DNA of 64,000 bases from Camelus dromedarius. Lineage: Eukaryota. How positions within the stretch are numbered: position 1 is the first letter of the stretch; every line of letters starts with the position of its first letter. Location: contig NC_087436.1 of assembly GCF_036321535.1 (NCBI RefSeq), forward strand, positions 76,944,001 to 77,008,000. The letters are read 5' to 3'. Below, one piece after another: positions 36,531 through 50,600 of this stretch. A program made the position numbers and the translations under genes. The notes beneath the pieces are model-generated. The model saw nothing but the letters and a program-made list of their open reading frames with translations, made no database searches and was not told where the DNA came from.

Positions 36531-39500
36531 AATTCTTATTTTCATAACCCCCTTTATAGGCCTTTGTGAATCTTCCGTTATCTTGGGGTTAAACTCTTTT
36601 CTCCCTTTTGTGAATGAAGGGAGGCATCTTCTGTGCTTTTTTGTACAAAGAGGATGTTGCTGGGAAACTATGAGAGGAGATTTCCTGGGATACAGACTAT
36701 TTCTTGAGAATTCTAAGTGGGAAACTAAGATAAAGTTGGAGTCTGAACCACGGACTCCTCCACATGACAGAGTAGATTCCTTGTCTCCTCTAAACATCTG
36801 GGGTAAAAACCCACTCCTCCAGACTCCTTTGGAAGCTCACCGCTCCCAAGAGCTCCCTTCCCTGGTGGTCTGGCGGAGCCCAGGAATGCTGGCCTTTAGG
36901 GCACACCGGCCAGACCTGTTTGCTCACTCACGCCTGGAGTGAGCAGCGTGGGAGGTCTTGATAAGCTGGCTTCTTAAGCACGAAAGGCACGTTCTGAGCG
37001 CTTGTATAGGCTGGTAAGACAAATTGTCAAGTAGTCGCTAAGAAGTCTGTATTCAAAAAAAAAAAAAAGAATCAAAGCATGGATTCTATTAGCAATGGAT
37101 CCTCTGAGAGCCCCCCAAAATGATTCTGTATACAACATTTCCAAATCTCTATGTTTAACTTTTGGGGAAAAAATTATCCTATCTCTTTAAATAGCCTTTT
37201 AGATCTCCTTTTTTTCCTAAATCACCTAGGTGCTAGAAGAATTGAGGCCAAGAAAGATGAAAAACATGTAGTTCTGTAGTTTTCACTCTAAGAGAATTGA
37301 GTAGAAAGGAAAAATCAAACTATGAAAAGTCGATGGAAGTGATGCTAAGCTTGCACACCCCATCCCATTTTAATATTTCTCTGAATGGGTGTGGGGTTGA
37401 GCTAGCAGAGGTTTTCAAAAGTTACTGAAATCTTCTTAGTCCTATAAAACTATATGATATTAGTTGAAGAAGACTAATAAAGTTCTGCTTCTAGAAAGAA
37501 AAAAATTCTCACCTCGAGATGATTATTGATTTACAATTTTTCAGAAATTAATTTTTAATTAATTTTAACTGTAATTTTTTTAAATAATAATTTTTCTGGG
37601 CTAGAAAGAGCAAAATGATCATTCCAGAAATTTCCTGTGCTCTGTGGAACTTGCACAGAATTTTTATGTTTACTTGGAAATAGAGTTCCTGAATATATTT
37701 TATTTTCAAGAAATTTCATCTTAACTTTTTTTTGCTCTTTGAAAAAAATGGTTCTCTTTTTTCATAAAAATATATTTTATAGTGATTTTTGAAGAGAAAT
37801 CTCCTCTTTAACTCAGTAAGGACCTCTTCTGCTTCTACTCTTTCACCACCCTACTGTAAATCAACATCTTGTTTCCAATGTGTGCTTTTTAACGAATTTC
37901 CTTCAAGATCCTGAAGTCAAGAAATAATGGGTGCTGGTTTGCGGCATGTGCTCATCAGAGGGTCTGGGTTCCTGCAGATGATCAGCCTGAGTTTAGAAGG
38001 TAAGAAGCCAGCACGTGCCATGGTCGGTCTGTCTTGTCGGTGTGCCATCCACTGGCAGTGTGCGAGGGAAAGAAATGAAGCATTGGGCTAATAAAGGCAT
38101 GGGCCAATGAGATCCTATCACTCATTCTCCTGAATCTAAACTGTGTCTCTCCTCGCCCACCTGGAAATGCACTTTTGGGCAATAAACACTGTTCCATGTG
38201 TGAAAAGTACTTTTTAAAGTTGATGTTATTTTAAAGATACTAGATTATATCAGGAGACTTTGTGAACTCCTTTTGAAATAATGATTTCTAAATTTTGAAA
38301 ACAGCCAAAATAAATACAATGTTTCTAAACGTGTTTTTAAAAATACGTTATCCAGATTCTATGTCCTTAGCAACTTATATTCGTGATACAAACTTTTATT
38401 TTTTTCAAAATAAAAAGAGCCAACTTTATGCATGAAGCTGAGAGTCCACTAGAGGTCACTTTTTCAACTTATTTCCCTTAAAAATGGAAAAATTTAGCCT
38501 TGATTACTGTCACTGAATCTTTTTTACATGCCTTTATTTTCAATGTTGGAACTTTTGATTTTTCTCAGAAAAGTTTCTGCTATTTCTCAAACTCTTTTTC
38601 TAAAATCTTTCTGATACTGGAGTCGTATATTCTTATGTTTCAAGTGTATTTTATATTATGACATTTTGAATGACCCTCTTCGATATCTAATTATATCTAT
38701 ATTATTTTTGATTATTTAAATATCTCTATTTCAATGCTAGCATCTAGAACACTAATGTCTATTTTCTAAAGTTTTCATGGACTTTATGATGCTGTATTAG
38801 TGTGAAACAATAAGAGATGTGCAGCCCTCTTGAGACTTAGAAACAGTCGTTCAATTTCTGCCCCTTGCCGCAAACCTTAGTACTGATGAAAAATATCCAG
38901 CATCAACACCAGTTGAATTGAATCTCCGAATTTCATCATTCTTGATTTAATTTCCCTAGTAATCCATTAAAGCTGTGTTTTGAACCCCTTTTTAAAAAGC
39001 AATGTCTTTAAAATGTGAATGTCTAATGTGCTTAGTATATCTAAGACATTTTATTGTTTGAGGTTTTGACTAACATAAAAAACATTCACAAGCTGCTATT
39101 ATACTGTTAGTACCACTACTTGTGCATAAAAAGTAACATTACAAACATATTATATTTTTTGTCTGTTTATAGTCATGTGTATTTCCCACTAAGCCATCTG
39201 GCATAAAGTTACAATTTTCTGGCTTCTCAGTTGAATAAATGCCCTCTATAGCTCTCCTATATCCATACTGATATTGATTTTAAAGTATTTTCAGCTATTC
39301 TTAAAATTTACCCCAAATCAGCAGTTTTTAAGCTCAGAAATAGTGCAGTATCTCATTTCTCTATGAAATGGAGGCATTTATAGGGAAATCACTTAAGACA
39401 TTTATTCTTACCTTCCAAAAGACTATCTCTTTATATCATTCACCCATGACTTACTTATCAAAATGCACTGTGACAGAGGCCCCTCTAACATAATTTTTAC

Positions 39501-39899
39501 CACTTTTGAAAAGATCTTATTGAAGAAAATGTTTGACATCTGAAAGCAAAAAAGTTAAAACAGCAAGTACACTTTAAATCATTATACACATAATACTAAT
39601 TTTAATAGTATTTAAAATTATTTTCATGCATAAATATAATACATGACCAATTTTTCTGTATAAAATACTGAAATATTACAGAGAAGAGGCAGCCTCCATT
39701 GTTTACTGGGTCTAATCTCCAAGCCTTCCCAAAGGCACCTCCTTTTGTGTATTCTTCCAGATCTGGTGATAAATATTTATGTTCAAATGTTTCAGACACC
39801 TACAATATATACCACACTATTTTGTTTTATGTGCACATGTGTTTTTAAAATAAATGTTAAATACCATTGAACAAATTGTTCTGTCATTTATGTGTTAGA

Positions 39900-39963
39900 T
39901 TTTTTTTCCTTTTTTTATTGAGGTATAGTCAGTTTACAATGTTGCAACAATTTCTGGTGTACA
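39900..39963 (-). mobile_element. Very short L1 3' tail
   Basis: T-tail followed by ATTGAGGTATAGTCAGTTTACAATGTTG...TTTCTGGTGTACA, same family as the 35460 and 59468 copies. Confidence 0.7.
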
Positions 39964-40309
39964 ATGATTTTTATTCAATAATAGATGTTGAAGTTATTTA
40001 CATGTTGATTCCTATAAATCTCGCTCATTCTTTGGATCTATGGCATAATGTCTTTGAGAATGAACTTATCTATAATTACCCATTTTCCTCAAAATGTACA
40101 GTTAGTTTCTTTTTCTGCCTGTACATGACCAAGCATTTCTCTGCACTGGGTACTGTGAAGAGACTTGCTGGATCATAGGGAGAGGCACTGAACGCTGTAA
40201 TAGATACTACCAATTAGCTCTCCCAGTGTCTCCCAGTGTCTCACCAGTGCCCTCGCAACTAGCAACAACTGGAGAAGAGCAGGCTCCCCAAACTCAGGCC
40301 AACATTCAT

Positions 40310-41745
40310 TATCTATCTTTACATAGTCATTTCAATGGTATCTCATGTCTGAAACTATTGCCAAGTTATTAGTACCATTTACATTCACCATCTTTCCATA
40401 CATTTTTTAGGTATTTGTAGTTCTGTGAATTTCTTATTCATATTTTTTGCCTGTTTTTCTACTGTGCCATTTGTTTTTTCTTACTAATCTCTAGGAGGTT
40501 TTACGTACTTTGAATATCAAATGCTTATTGCTTACAGTTATGCAAGTATTTTTCAAACCCATCTCTTGACTTTTAACTTTATTTCTCTGTCATAAATTTT
40601 TGTTTTTATGCTGTCTATTTATCAGTTCTTTCTATTATGACTTTAATTTTTGTATCTTCCTTAAGAAGATCACTTGTACTCTCAGAACAAATATGTATCT
40701 TGTACATTTATCTTATATTTTCATCTATTCTTATACAGTTTTATTGTTATAATTTTGTTTAAGTCTTCAGATTTTCTGAGGATTATTTTTGTGTGTGAGG
40801 TACAAATCTCATTTCATTCTTTTTCCTAAATGGATGATAAATATTCCTTACACCACTTGATAAATAGTTAATAACTTCTTACTGATTTTAAATGCTACTT
40901 TTATGATAATGTAAATTTCCTATGTTTACAGAGTTATTTCTGGGCACTTGACTATTAATTTAATATTATTTATTATTCATGCATACCTGTGTAACACCAC
41001 ATTTTAAAAAGTAGCACCTTTTTAGCTCACTGGCATAGGAAAGCTTTTTTATTTCTTCAAATAGCAAAACTAAATAGCAAAATTATCTTTGCTACTTTTG
41101 TTTATTTACTCTTTCATATTAATGTTAGAATTAGATTATAATGGTTACAGAAAAATTCTATTGCAAGCGAGCATTGCACTAAATTCACATACTAATCTGG
41201 GGTGAAATGATATGTCGAATCTTCTCGTCAATGAATATATGTATCTCTGAAATTTTTATGTCATAATATGTCCTTTAGTTAACATATTTTTCTAATAGAC
41301 TGACCGTGACAGGTTTATCCACAGTCATGCTGTAGTTATTGATACTGTGAATGAAACCCTTTATTCTTTTGCCGTTTCTCATGATTGCTTGTACAAAAGA
41401 AAGCTACTGATTTTTAAAGGTTGATCTGATGTCTGTCTACCTAAATGAATTAATTCTAACTATCAATTCTAATAGTGTGTCTGGTGATTCTCTTAGATGA
41501 TTTTTACATCAGCAATCATACCATCATCAGATGTTGACTGTTTTGTCTCTTCCTTCCAGAGATATATATACCTCTAATTTTTTTTCTGGTTTATTGCATT
41601 AACTAGGATCTTTAAAATGCTGAATTGAAAGAATTTGAGCATCTGTGCCTTCTATTGGCTTTAATGGGAAAAATTTTAATATGTCATTATTATGATTTGC
41701 TGAAGTTTTTTGGCAGCTTCCTTTTATGAAGTTAGAGAACATGAT
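40310..41745 (-). mobile_element. Old degraded L1M fragment
   Basis: T-rich antisense L1 ORF2/3' motifs, e.g. TTCTTATTCATATTTTTTGCCTGTTTTTCTA, GCTACTGATTTT...GTTGATCT, TTATTGCATTAACTAGGATC. Confidence 0.65.
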
Positions 41746-42744
41746 GTTTAGTACAAGAAGTGTAACACTTAGGAGTCTGTTCCTGACTTGCTTTGAGAAT
41801 TTAGGCAGCTATGCCCTCTGCCTTCAGTTTCCCACTGACCGAATGAAGAAAATATGTATGTTTTTAAAATGAAAGTTTAACTTTTCCAGTTATATTTTGC
41901 ACTGAATATAAGGTTGAGAAGTTAGAAGGAAACCCAATTAACCAATATTCTAAGGCAATTAACTTAGGAAATGAACGTAATTAATTTTGGCTAGTTTACA
42001 AAGAACACATTTTGGAAATATAAATGAATAATTGTATAATTATAAAACTTCTTTAATATTATTAAAGACTAACAACACAATCATGCTATTTTAATATCAT
42101 TTAAGGAGTTCAAAATGACAATAGTCATTATTCTAATTAACTCTAAGTTTTAAAACAGTTTCTAAGGTAACATGAATATATACATAAAATGAGTACTATA
42201 AAATATCCAAAAATATATTCAGTTTTCATATTTTCTTTTGACTGTGATTTTTATATATTTTTATTTCAATTGTTACTCAAAACATTACAATTATGTAATT
42301 ATATCAAGAATGTAGTTAATCTTCTCGGTCCTTCTCTGACGCATGATTTACCACCTATGAAGGCTAAAGCAGAATGGAGGTATGAGTTTCCTTCTCCAAG
42401 TTACTTGCAGACTTATTAACTGAAATTTTTATTTCTTATAGTTACAGATTCTTTGGACCTTGAAGTGGCCTCAGGGATAGAAAATTTTTACCCCATTTGA
42501 AAGTTGAGGAAATTAGGGGCCAAAAATGTCAGTCACTTCCCCAAACACATATGGTTGGCAGGTTTGGGGCACGATGCCTCTCTCTTAGTCAAATTCACCG
42601 CTCTCTGTATGGCATCTCTGAGCATTTCAAGCTTCTGTGCAATTGCTGAATGACAACTTTGTATAATTCTAACAGAAACTGAGGCCCCAGTAAGGAGGTG
42701 GAAAGGGATTCTGGGTGATGGTTGGGACCCAGTAATGATGCCTC

Positions 42745-43320
42745 AGGCAGGTCTGGCTACATACTTTGCAGGGCCCAGTTCACAATCAGTGTGGGACCTC
42801 TTGTTCAGAAGGCAGAAGAGTGCCATTAAAGGTACTGAAATACAAAACATTTTCCTTTTTTCCTGCTTCTGTCTCTCAACTTATCATGCCAGTCCTTTTT
42901 TTTTTTTAATTAGCTATTTAAGCTATTTAATATTACTCAAAGTAAAGAAAATTTTAAAATTTTAATCATTGTGTAAATTTTGCTGTTTATCTTTGTATTG
43001 CACAAGGCTAGTTTTAAATGTGACTGTAAGAACACTGAACTTGTTTGCAGAATCAATCCCTGAAACGACACAGTTCTGTTTTGTACCTTATGCATGTGGC
43101 TTTGTATTTGCTCTTACCAGAACAGTGGCAGTCTGCTCACAACTAACTCAGCCGTTTCTGTTTCCTTGCTTGGTAGACACACACTGCACCAACAGTCTCT
43201 ACTTTTGTCTCACTGATATAAGTAAGGGAGGCCTGAAAGGAGAAGGAACTGTCCACTGTCCTTTCATCCAGAAACTCTCCCTTCATTCCTCACATTCATC
43301 TTCTACAGAGTTTCCATCAC
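42745..43320. mobile_element. MER45-like hAT-Tip100 DNA transposon relic
   Basis: GGCTACATACTTTGCAGGGCCCAGT...GTGGGACCTCTTGTTCAGAA...GCCATTAAAGGTACT. 3' boundary uncertain. Confidence 0.55.
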
Positions 43321-43941
43321 TGACTGACCTTTTATTTTATTTTATATCTTTTTAGCTTATCTTTACCTGCCAGTCGTACAAGTGATCTGAGGCGCTATGT
43401 CTCTTTACCAAATTTTCTCATCTTTACAAAATCACTTATTATTAACATTGCACATTATAACAAAACTATTATTTGTCTATTTTTCTTATTCTTTTGAAAT
43501 ATGTCCTACAAATACAAGGTATTTCTACAAAAAATTTTTCCCATGAGGAAAGCTAACAGGTTTCCACGTTGGAAGGGCTATTGTCTCCTTAGAAGAGTAA
43601 CAGTAGTAAATACTTTCCCTCTTAAACTTTGGTCCACATTACTTGCTTTTCTCGTTTAAACATTTGTATCTTCCAAACTTCATTTTTCTCTAACTGTGTA
43701 GGAACTGAATTCTCTTTCTTCATATGTATTTTATCATTGAATGTTTTCATTTATCTGAGCCATTAGTAATGCATATTTGTGATGACTTATATTTCAGAAG
43801 AAACATGAATAACAATAGAGCTTAAATTTCTTTAGTATTTTATACTTACCAAAGCATTTCACTTCACACTTTCTCATTTGATCTTTGTGACCCTGGAAAT
43901 GATTCATAGATGTATTTTTAGTCTTAAAATTAATAAATAAT

Positions 43942-44265
43942 ATTTTATTTTATATCATTTTAAAACTTTTAATTTTTTCTTCCAATTTTATTAACGTATA
44001 ATTGACATACAGCACTGCATAAGTTCATGGTATATACAGCATAATGACTTCACTTACATATATTGTGCAATGATTACCACGATGGGCTTAGTTAATATCC
44101 ATCATCTCATATAGAGAAATAAGACTTTTTCCCTTGTGATGAGAACTCGTAACAACTTTCAAATATACCATACAGCAGTCATTATGTACTTTACATGCTC
44201 AGTACTTATTTATTTATAACTAGAAATTTGCACCTTTTGATCACCTTCATCCAACTCCCCCACCC
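43942..44265 (-). mobile_element. L1 3' end (L1MA9-like), truncated
   Basis: TATAATTGACATACAGCACTG...GATTACCAC...TTAGTTAATATCCATCATCTCATATAG...TTGTGATGAGAACTC. Candidate TSD ATAAATAAT at 43933-43941 and 44266-44274. Confidence 0.8.
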
Positions 44266-44957
44266 ATAAATAATGCTTGAAACAGCATATTAACATACTT
44301 ATTTTTCTCATTTTGAGGTTTAGACTTTTGTAAGTACTTCTTTGGAAATGATACATTCACCCCCTTTCTCCCCCTGCTTAAAAAAAGTTCTAATAGAATA
44401 TCAGGTCTTCAAGGGAACAAATAAACATAGCTAGCTGTTTTGAGGTCAAGTCTGTTGGGTTGGTGGCCTACTACAGTTGGTCATAGTCGAAAAGCAGAAT
44501 AGAACTACTTTAAAATAAATATTTCTTTATTCCAATACATTTTACATTTGCCCTGTGCTTATTTTCTGGGTCAAATGTAGAGTATCGTAAAAAAGAAGGC
44601 TGAGTAATTGGGCCTGTTTTTTTGTGTAGTGGCCTCTGTTTTTAAACAGAACTCAGCATTTCATTGATACAAAACATGGGTACAAACATGCTGTAAAACT
44701 AGATCCAAGCCCCCAGTTTCTCTGAACATGTTTCATACATTTCTGCTTCCAAAACTTACATTGCATACACTCATTTCTGAAATCACAATTGCTGTATAAT
44801 ATTCTTTCTTACCATGGAAACATATAAGGAGAATTTGGAAAACCATTCAACTTTCACTGCTGGTCAAACGAACCAGCATTCCCCATTCACATAGCAGCAT
44901 GGGTGGTAGAATCTTGAACACAGTCCTGTCCTCCTGACTCTATCACCTGTTGGAAAT

Positions 44958-45075
44958 TACATATGTATATAATTATATATATAAATAATTTATAGATAAT
45001 TATATATAATTTATATATAATTATATGATATATAACATATAATATATAAATGTACCTCTATAATTTATAATAATT
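44958..45075. repeat. AT-rich low-complexity (TA)-like tract
   Basis: Direct read. Confidence 0.8.
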
Positions 45076-46430
45076 TGATAGCGGCTCTAAGCTGTCTATT
45101 CTTAGATGAGTTTTAACAAAGGTCTCTCCGCTTATTATCTTCTTTAAATATTATTCTAATGACCAATTTATACTTCAAATTCAGATTTCTTTTCCTCCTG
45201 CTCGCTTTCCATTCCTCAGCTGGGACACACCAATTCTTGGAATACCTTTTAACACTCACGCTTCCTCTCTCCGTGGTTTCACTTTCCTTCCTTTTGCTCT
45301 CTCAGGTGTTCAGTTGCTCTGCTCTCTGGTCCTTCCATACCCTCCCCTCGCCACTCCTTCCTTCCGGTCAGTATAGCTGCCCAGGGCTTGTCAGTTTCCA
45401 AACAGGAGGAGAAGAAAGAGTACTCATAGCCTATACTTTTAGGCGACTTTCCTGCTGTTTCTCCTCTTCTACCCCCCCCCCCTTCCTTTTTGTGACTGTT
45501 AACTCGTTTTTTAGCATATTCTTCCCTTCTTTCTTCCTGTGGTCATTTCTTGTAACTGCTACTGGAATTCTTCCAATCATCACTTACTTCCTTTTATCAC
45601 CCTTGGTAGTTGACATGTTGCAATGTAAGGATAAAGGTAATAAGATACAACTATTGTTAAAAAGGAGAAACATCAGTTATTTAAGCTATCGAGTAAGTGT
45701 CACGCTGACAATACTGGAGCTTAGACTAGAAGCGGTGTCCCCACTCCTAGGCAGTTCCAGGGTTCTCCCATACTTGAATGTTATGGCTCATTATAGTGGA
45801 ATCTGGCTGGCCTCTAACAAAATCCACACTAGAAGTGGGTGTCCTGTAAGTTCTATCATAAGATAATTATGCACTTATGAAAGAAACAGAATTGTGTATA
45901 TTGTCGGTGTCTTAAGAGAAATGTCTGCTGAGTGTGTTAAAAGGCCCTGAAGATGTATACATCCTCTTGCCTACATTCACACAGAGACAAAGACGCCTTA
46001 CCCTTTATCCTCCAGGTCCCCCACGAAAATGATTCACAAGAATAATTTACGTGTAAACTTGGTTGATGGAATTGGAAATGATTAATTCAAAAGAGGAAGA
46101 GCTAGACAGGACATGAAAACTGTCTTCAAATAGATGAAGTGCTATTAAATGGAATAGCAGTTAAATAAAATAATTAAATTTATTTCCAGAGGATGATAAT
46201 TGGACCAAAAGGGGAAGCATATTATTACCACTATAAGGAAAGTGAGGGAGTCTTTTGACAAATTGTATATTTTCCCCTCCGTTTAGATGATATCTTTTTC
46301 TATGGCTTAGCTACTGTAGGTGAAAGGGGTAAATTTTCTCCATACTCTGGAAGATTCTGTCATGTAAGTCCTTCAAGCCTGGCCTGATATATCAAATGGA
46401 ACTAAAAGGAATTTATGAAATCTTCTGCTA

Positions 46431-46592
46431 CAGTGGTTCTCAACTAAGGGTGGTTTTTCCCTCGAGGAGATATTTGGCAGTATCTGGAGGTATTTTCAGT
46501 TGTCACATTGGGGTGAGGTGCTGGTTGGTGGAAGTCAGGGATGCTGCTAAACATCCTACAATGCACAGGACAGTGCTCCCAGAACAAGGAAA
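46431..46592 (+). mobile_element. MER20 DNA transposon relic
   Basis: CAGTGGTTCTCAAC...ATTTGGCAGTATCTGGAG...GTTGTCACA...CAGGGATGCTGCTAAACATCCTACAATGCACAGGACAG. Confidence 0.85.
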
Positions 46593-47129
46593 CTAGTCCT
46601 AACTAGTCCTGCTGCCAAATCATATTTTCCACGTCAGAAATCAGATATTGCTTTATTCTTTCTCTCCATGTTTTCTAGCAAAGTCTTCCCATTATTTTCC
46701 CTTTCCAAGTGGTTGTATATTTTGGATCAGCTTCATAAAGATCTTATACTCAGAAAGATGAAGGACAAAAATATATTTACAATTCTCAAAATATGACCCT
46801 TGTTAGAGACGTCTATTTGAAGTAGCCACGAATATCTTCCTAGTATGACTGGAGAGTATCTTGAGTTACTAATTTAAATTCCTTTGTCTCTGTATTTCCC
46901 TTTCTCCTGATCTCCATCTAGATAAGCAGCTGACTATATAGGTTATTGTGTAAGAGGAACTACATGGCTGGGTAGAAGCAGCCTTGTCCTTCACCCGCAG
47001 CCATGGTCATAATGCCTAACCATGCTGGCTGATTTTACTTTGAATTCATTACCTAGCTTTAGTGCTCTCTGGCAGTCCAGCTGCATTTCCTTAGACCATT
47101 CGCCCCCTCACTCTCCCAGATGCTGTTCC

Positions 47130-48078
47130 CCTCTTCTTCAATTTCCAGTATATTCTTTCCCCTACACATTCTCAGGTGAAACAGAATCGATCAGAAGTAA
47201 CTCCTTATATTCCACCTATCACATTTTTAAGATCATCTGAATCCATGACCATTTACCCTGCTTTCCCTTTGCTACTGTAGATGAACTATCTATGCTCTTG
47301 CTGAAGACCAAGTCCTACACCAGTGGTTCTCAGTGGTTCTGTCCCCCAGGGGGCACTTGGCAAAGTCTAGAGTCATTTTTTGATCATCATAACTTGACTA
47401 TGAGGGAGCTCCAGGCGTCTAATGGGTAGTAGGGTCGTCGTTGCTACTAAGCAGTCTTAGGATATATAAGAGCCCTCACAGTGAGGACTTGTCTGGCCCA
47501 GTGTTGAGGTGGAAAAAGCCTATCCCACCTTAGAGCACTGAATCTCTTCCCAGCATCTTTCCATCCCTCTTTTATATCATCAAGTTCTTCCTCTTTCCTA
47601 ATCATCCTCATCTTCACACAAGTGGTTAATCGCTGCATCTTAAAAAAAAAAAACAACTTTTTTTTCTCATTCCTACATTCCCTTCCAGCCACTTTTCCTT
47701 TTCTCTGATTCCCTGAACAACAGAATTCATGAATGACTTGCACCAAGTGTGTCTTTTTCAGAATAATTTTTCTTCCATATCTGCACAGGTTGCTTCCTCA
47801 CTTTTTATGTTGCTTTGTAGTGGCGATTTGTCACGAATGCCGCTCTTGACCGTGCTATGTAACATAGCAACATTCTGTCCTCCAACCTAATATCTCCATC
47901 CTGCTTACTATGATTAATTTTTCAGTGGTTTATTTATTTATCATCCGCCTCCCTTCACTGCAGTGGAAGTTCAGTAAAGGTCATGGTTGTTTTTATTGTT
48001 GTTGTCTATGACATCTCTAGTACCCAGAACAGCACCTGTACAAAGTAAGCACTATGAAAAGAATTTTGAATGAGTAAA
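47130..48078 (+). mobile_element. L2 relic with nested MER20 (about 47321-47522)
   Basis: L2-like 3' end TCTCTAGTACCCAGAACAGCACCTG...TTTTGAATGAGT. Internal CAGTGGTTCT...CCCCAGGGGGCACTTGGCAAAGTCTAGAG...AGTGTTGAGGTGGAAAAAGCC. Confidence 0.65.
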
Positions 48079-50119
48079 CCAATCTTGTCATAACCACAGG
48101 CTGACATTCAAAAAATCACCATTTAAAAATTATTATTAGGTGTATCAGAAAACATAATATATTGTGATGTACTGAAACTCAGCTCTGCTTTGCAACTCCA
48201 CTGCACTCTGAGCAAGTCTGACACTTCAGAATCCTGGAGAAATATCTTATGTGAGATAATCTGTCAAAACAAACATAATAAAATATTGATGGAATTCTAT
48301 CACAGTGGATTTAAATGTAATCACATTGTGTATTTATATAGTATCAAGGCAGTGTCCAAATGCAGCATAGTAACAGTCCTCAGCGACTCCTTGTTTTATG
48401 GGACTTTTAATGCAGTAAATATGGCATCAGTAAATATTTAGTCAGTTGAATTGTATGAGAGAAGTGTTTTACAATCATCTATAATTAGACATCTTGATTG
48501 TGGTCTCAACACAGCTATAGAGCAGATACAGTTGGGGCTTTAACAATATGTTTAGTCTCTGATTCCCAATCTAAGACCTCTGGGTTCTCAGAGTATTTGG
48601 GGACATCCACATGTTCCTCAGATCATGGTTCCTTGAGTGGAAAAAAAAAAGCCAAAGCATCCAAAAGAGATGAAAAAAAGAAATATCACTGAATTCCTTT
48701 CTCTTTGTTTTCTTCTCTCACTGTGACTGCAGGGTGTGGTCTGCCTTCTGGCATGTGAGCTCTGGGTGACTCGCACGTCTGCTGGAGGACCGCAGGCTTC
48801 CCTGTCATCATGGTGTGATCCTCCAAGCCAGTCTGGGGCTGCAGGTCACCACTTCCACTCTCATCACATTTCCTGTTTGTGCTTGTTCAGGGGGTAGCTG
48901 TCACCCTGCTATGACAGTCTGCTCTGCCCTGCTCCTCTTTCCCTGTGCCACCATCTCTGCTCTTTCTCTGTTCTCGGCAGTTCCTGAACGCTGGTTACCG
49001 ACAGCTTGCCAGCCGCAGCACACTCTGTGCCCTTGTCATCTCTCGCCTATCACACCTGCTGCTGCCACCTGTTCCGGTACCTTGCCAACATCTCCCCCAC
49101 TGCCTTCAGTGCCGGCTATGCTCCTTAAGGGGAGGAAGGATTTTTTTCCTAATCGGTGGCTGCCGCTGGACAGTGACACAACTAAATAGTGACGTCTGGA
49201 AAATATGTCATCTGCCCTTGGGATGGTGTACTTACTCTCATTGTTGCCAAGACATGTAATCACCAAATTCTGAGGTCTCTGATGTTCACAGTTGTAAGAA
49301 CACTTTTCCCCTGCCGGCTTTCTAAGAACTACAACCTCTACCAAAATACAATCTAACTGTTAATTAAAACTACTCCATTAAGCTTGTTTTTAAAGTCTTC
49401 ACCTTTGATTCTCATATCAAAATTCAGTTATGGGGAGATGAAGGGAGGAATATTTTGCAGTTTGGTTCCAGCATCACTGACATTGGCTAGGGTAATAGAG
49501 ATAAACCTAAATCTAAGAGCCGTGTTGCATTTACAGATAAGTCTGAATTAAACTTTACTATTTTAAAGTGAATATTAAGTTGGTATGTGATCTATAAAAG
49601 ACACATAATTAGGATATCGATGACTATACTACCTACTTCTGGGTGAATGGTGTACCCCATAATACTCTGTTTTTTTCCAAAATGCCAAAAACAAAACTGG
49701 GGCTGGGAGACACACGGAGAAGGAAAATGAGAGAATACATTGGAGATTAATATAAATCTTCAGAAAACAAGATTTACTAAAAACCAGCATACAAAATAAC
49801 AGATTAATGGAGATCAAAAGAGTAATAGAAATTTAAAATATGAATGTGTTATATAAGCAATAAACTATTATGCAAATATAAGAATTATTTTTAGCAGGTT
49901 ATTTCCAAAGCATAGTTTGCAGAAACAGTAAACTGATCTCTGAAAAAAGCAGTCTATATTTATGAACAGCTCTCATTGCTAGAAAAAAATATACCAAGCC
50001 AAAAGCTAATTTCACTTAAACTAGTTCTAAGCTCCAGAATGATACAAAATAATCCAATCTCATTAGCAAATCTTTTAAAATAATTGAAGACATCTTTCCA
50101 AGAATGTAAAATCCAGAAT

Positions 50120-50600
50120 ATCTATGTTTCTACAGAAGTGGAGAGCTTCATGCATTGCTGCAGGGGTCTTTGGGGAGATATATAGCTTTTGTTAAGTAAT
50201 CTGGCAGCGTTTATTCAGATAAAAATTGCTCGTAACCTTTAACCCAGCTATCCCAGTTTTGGGGACTCTATCGCACAGAAATAAAATCAAAGGTACATTT
50301 GAATGTTTTGCATTGTAAGTAATTACTGCTAAAAAATGTTGGAAAGAACTTAAAGAGTATATATTTATTGTATATGAGTCTATGAAACATAGAGCAAATA
50401 TCTAAGAGAATGAATTAGATCCATACGTATTGATCTAGTCTAGGAGGGCTACCCTTGGCATATTTTTATATGAGGGCAGCACAACCATGTGTATTATAAG
50501 ATTTCATTTCCTAAAATAAACAAAAACCTCCCAAATATTTGGGGATAATTGAAATAGCATAGAAAAAGTCATGGAAGAACATACTACCAACATGGAATAC
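50120..50600 (+). mobile_element. Old L1ME-like fragment
   Basis: CATGCATTGCTG...AATCTGGCAG...CCTTTAACCCAGCTATCCCAGTTTTGGG...CTATCGCACAGAAATA. Confidence 0.5.

Noticed and set aside
45159..45866. 235-aa hydrophobic ORF
   Set aside because: Leu/Phe/Ser bias follows from a CT-rich strand. No splice structure or homology evident.
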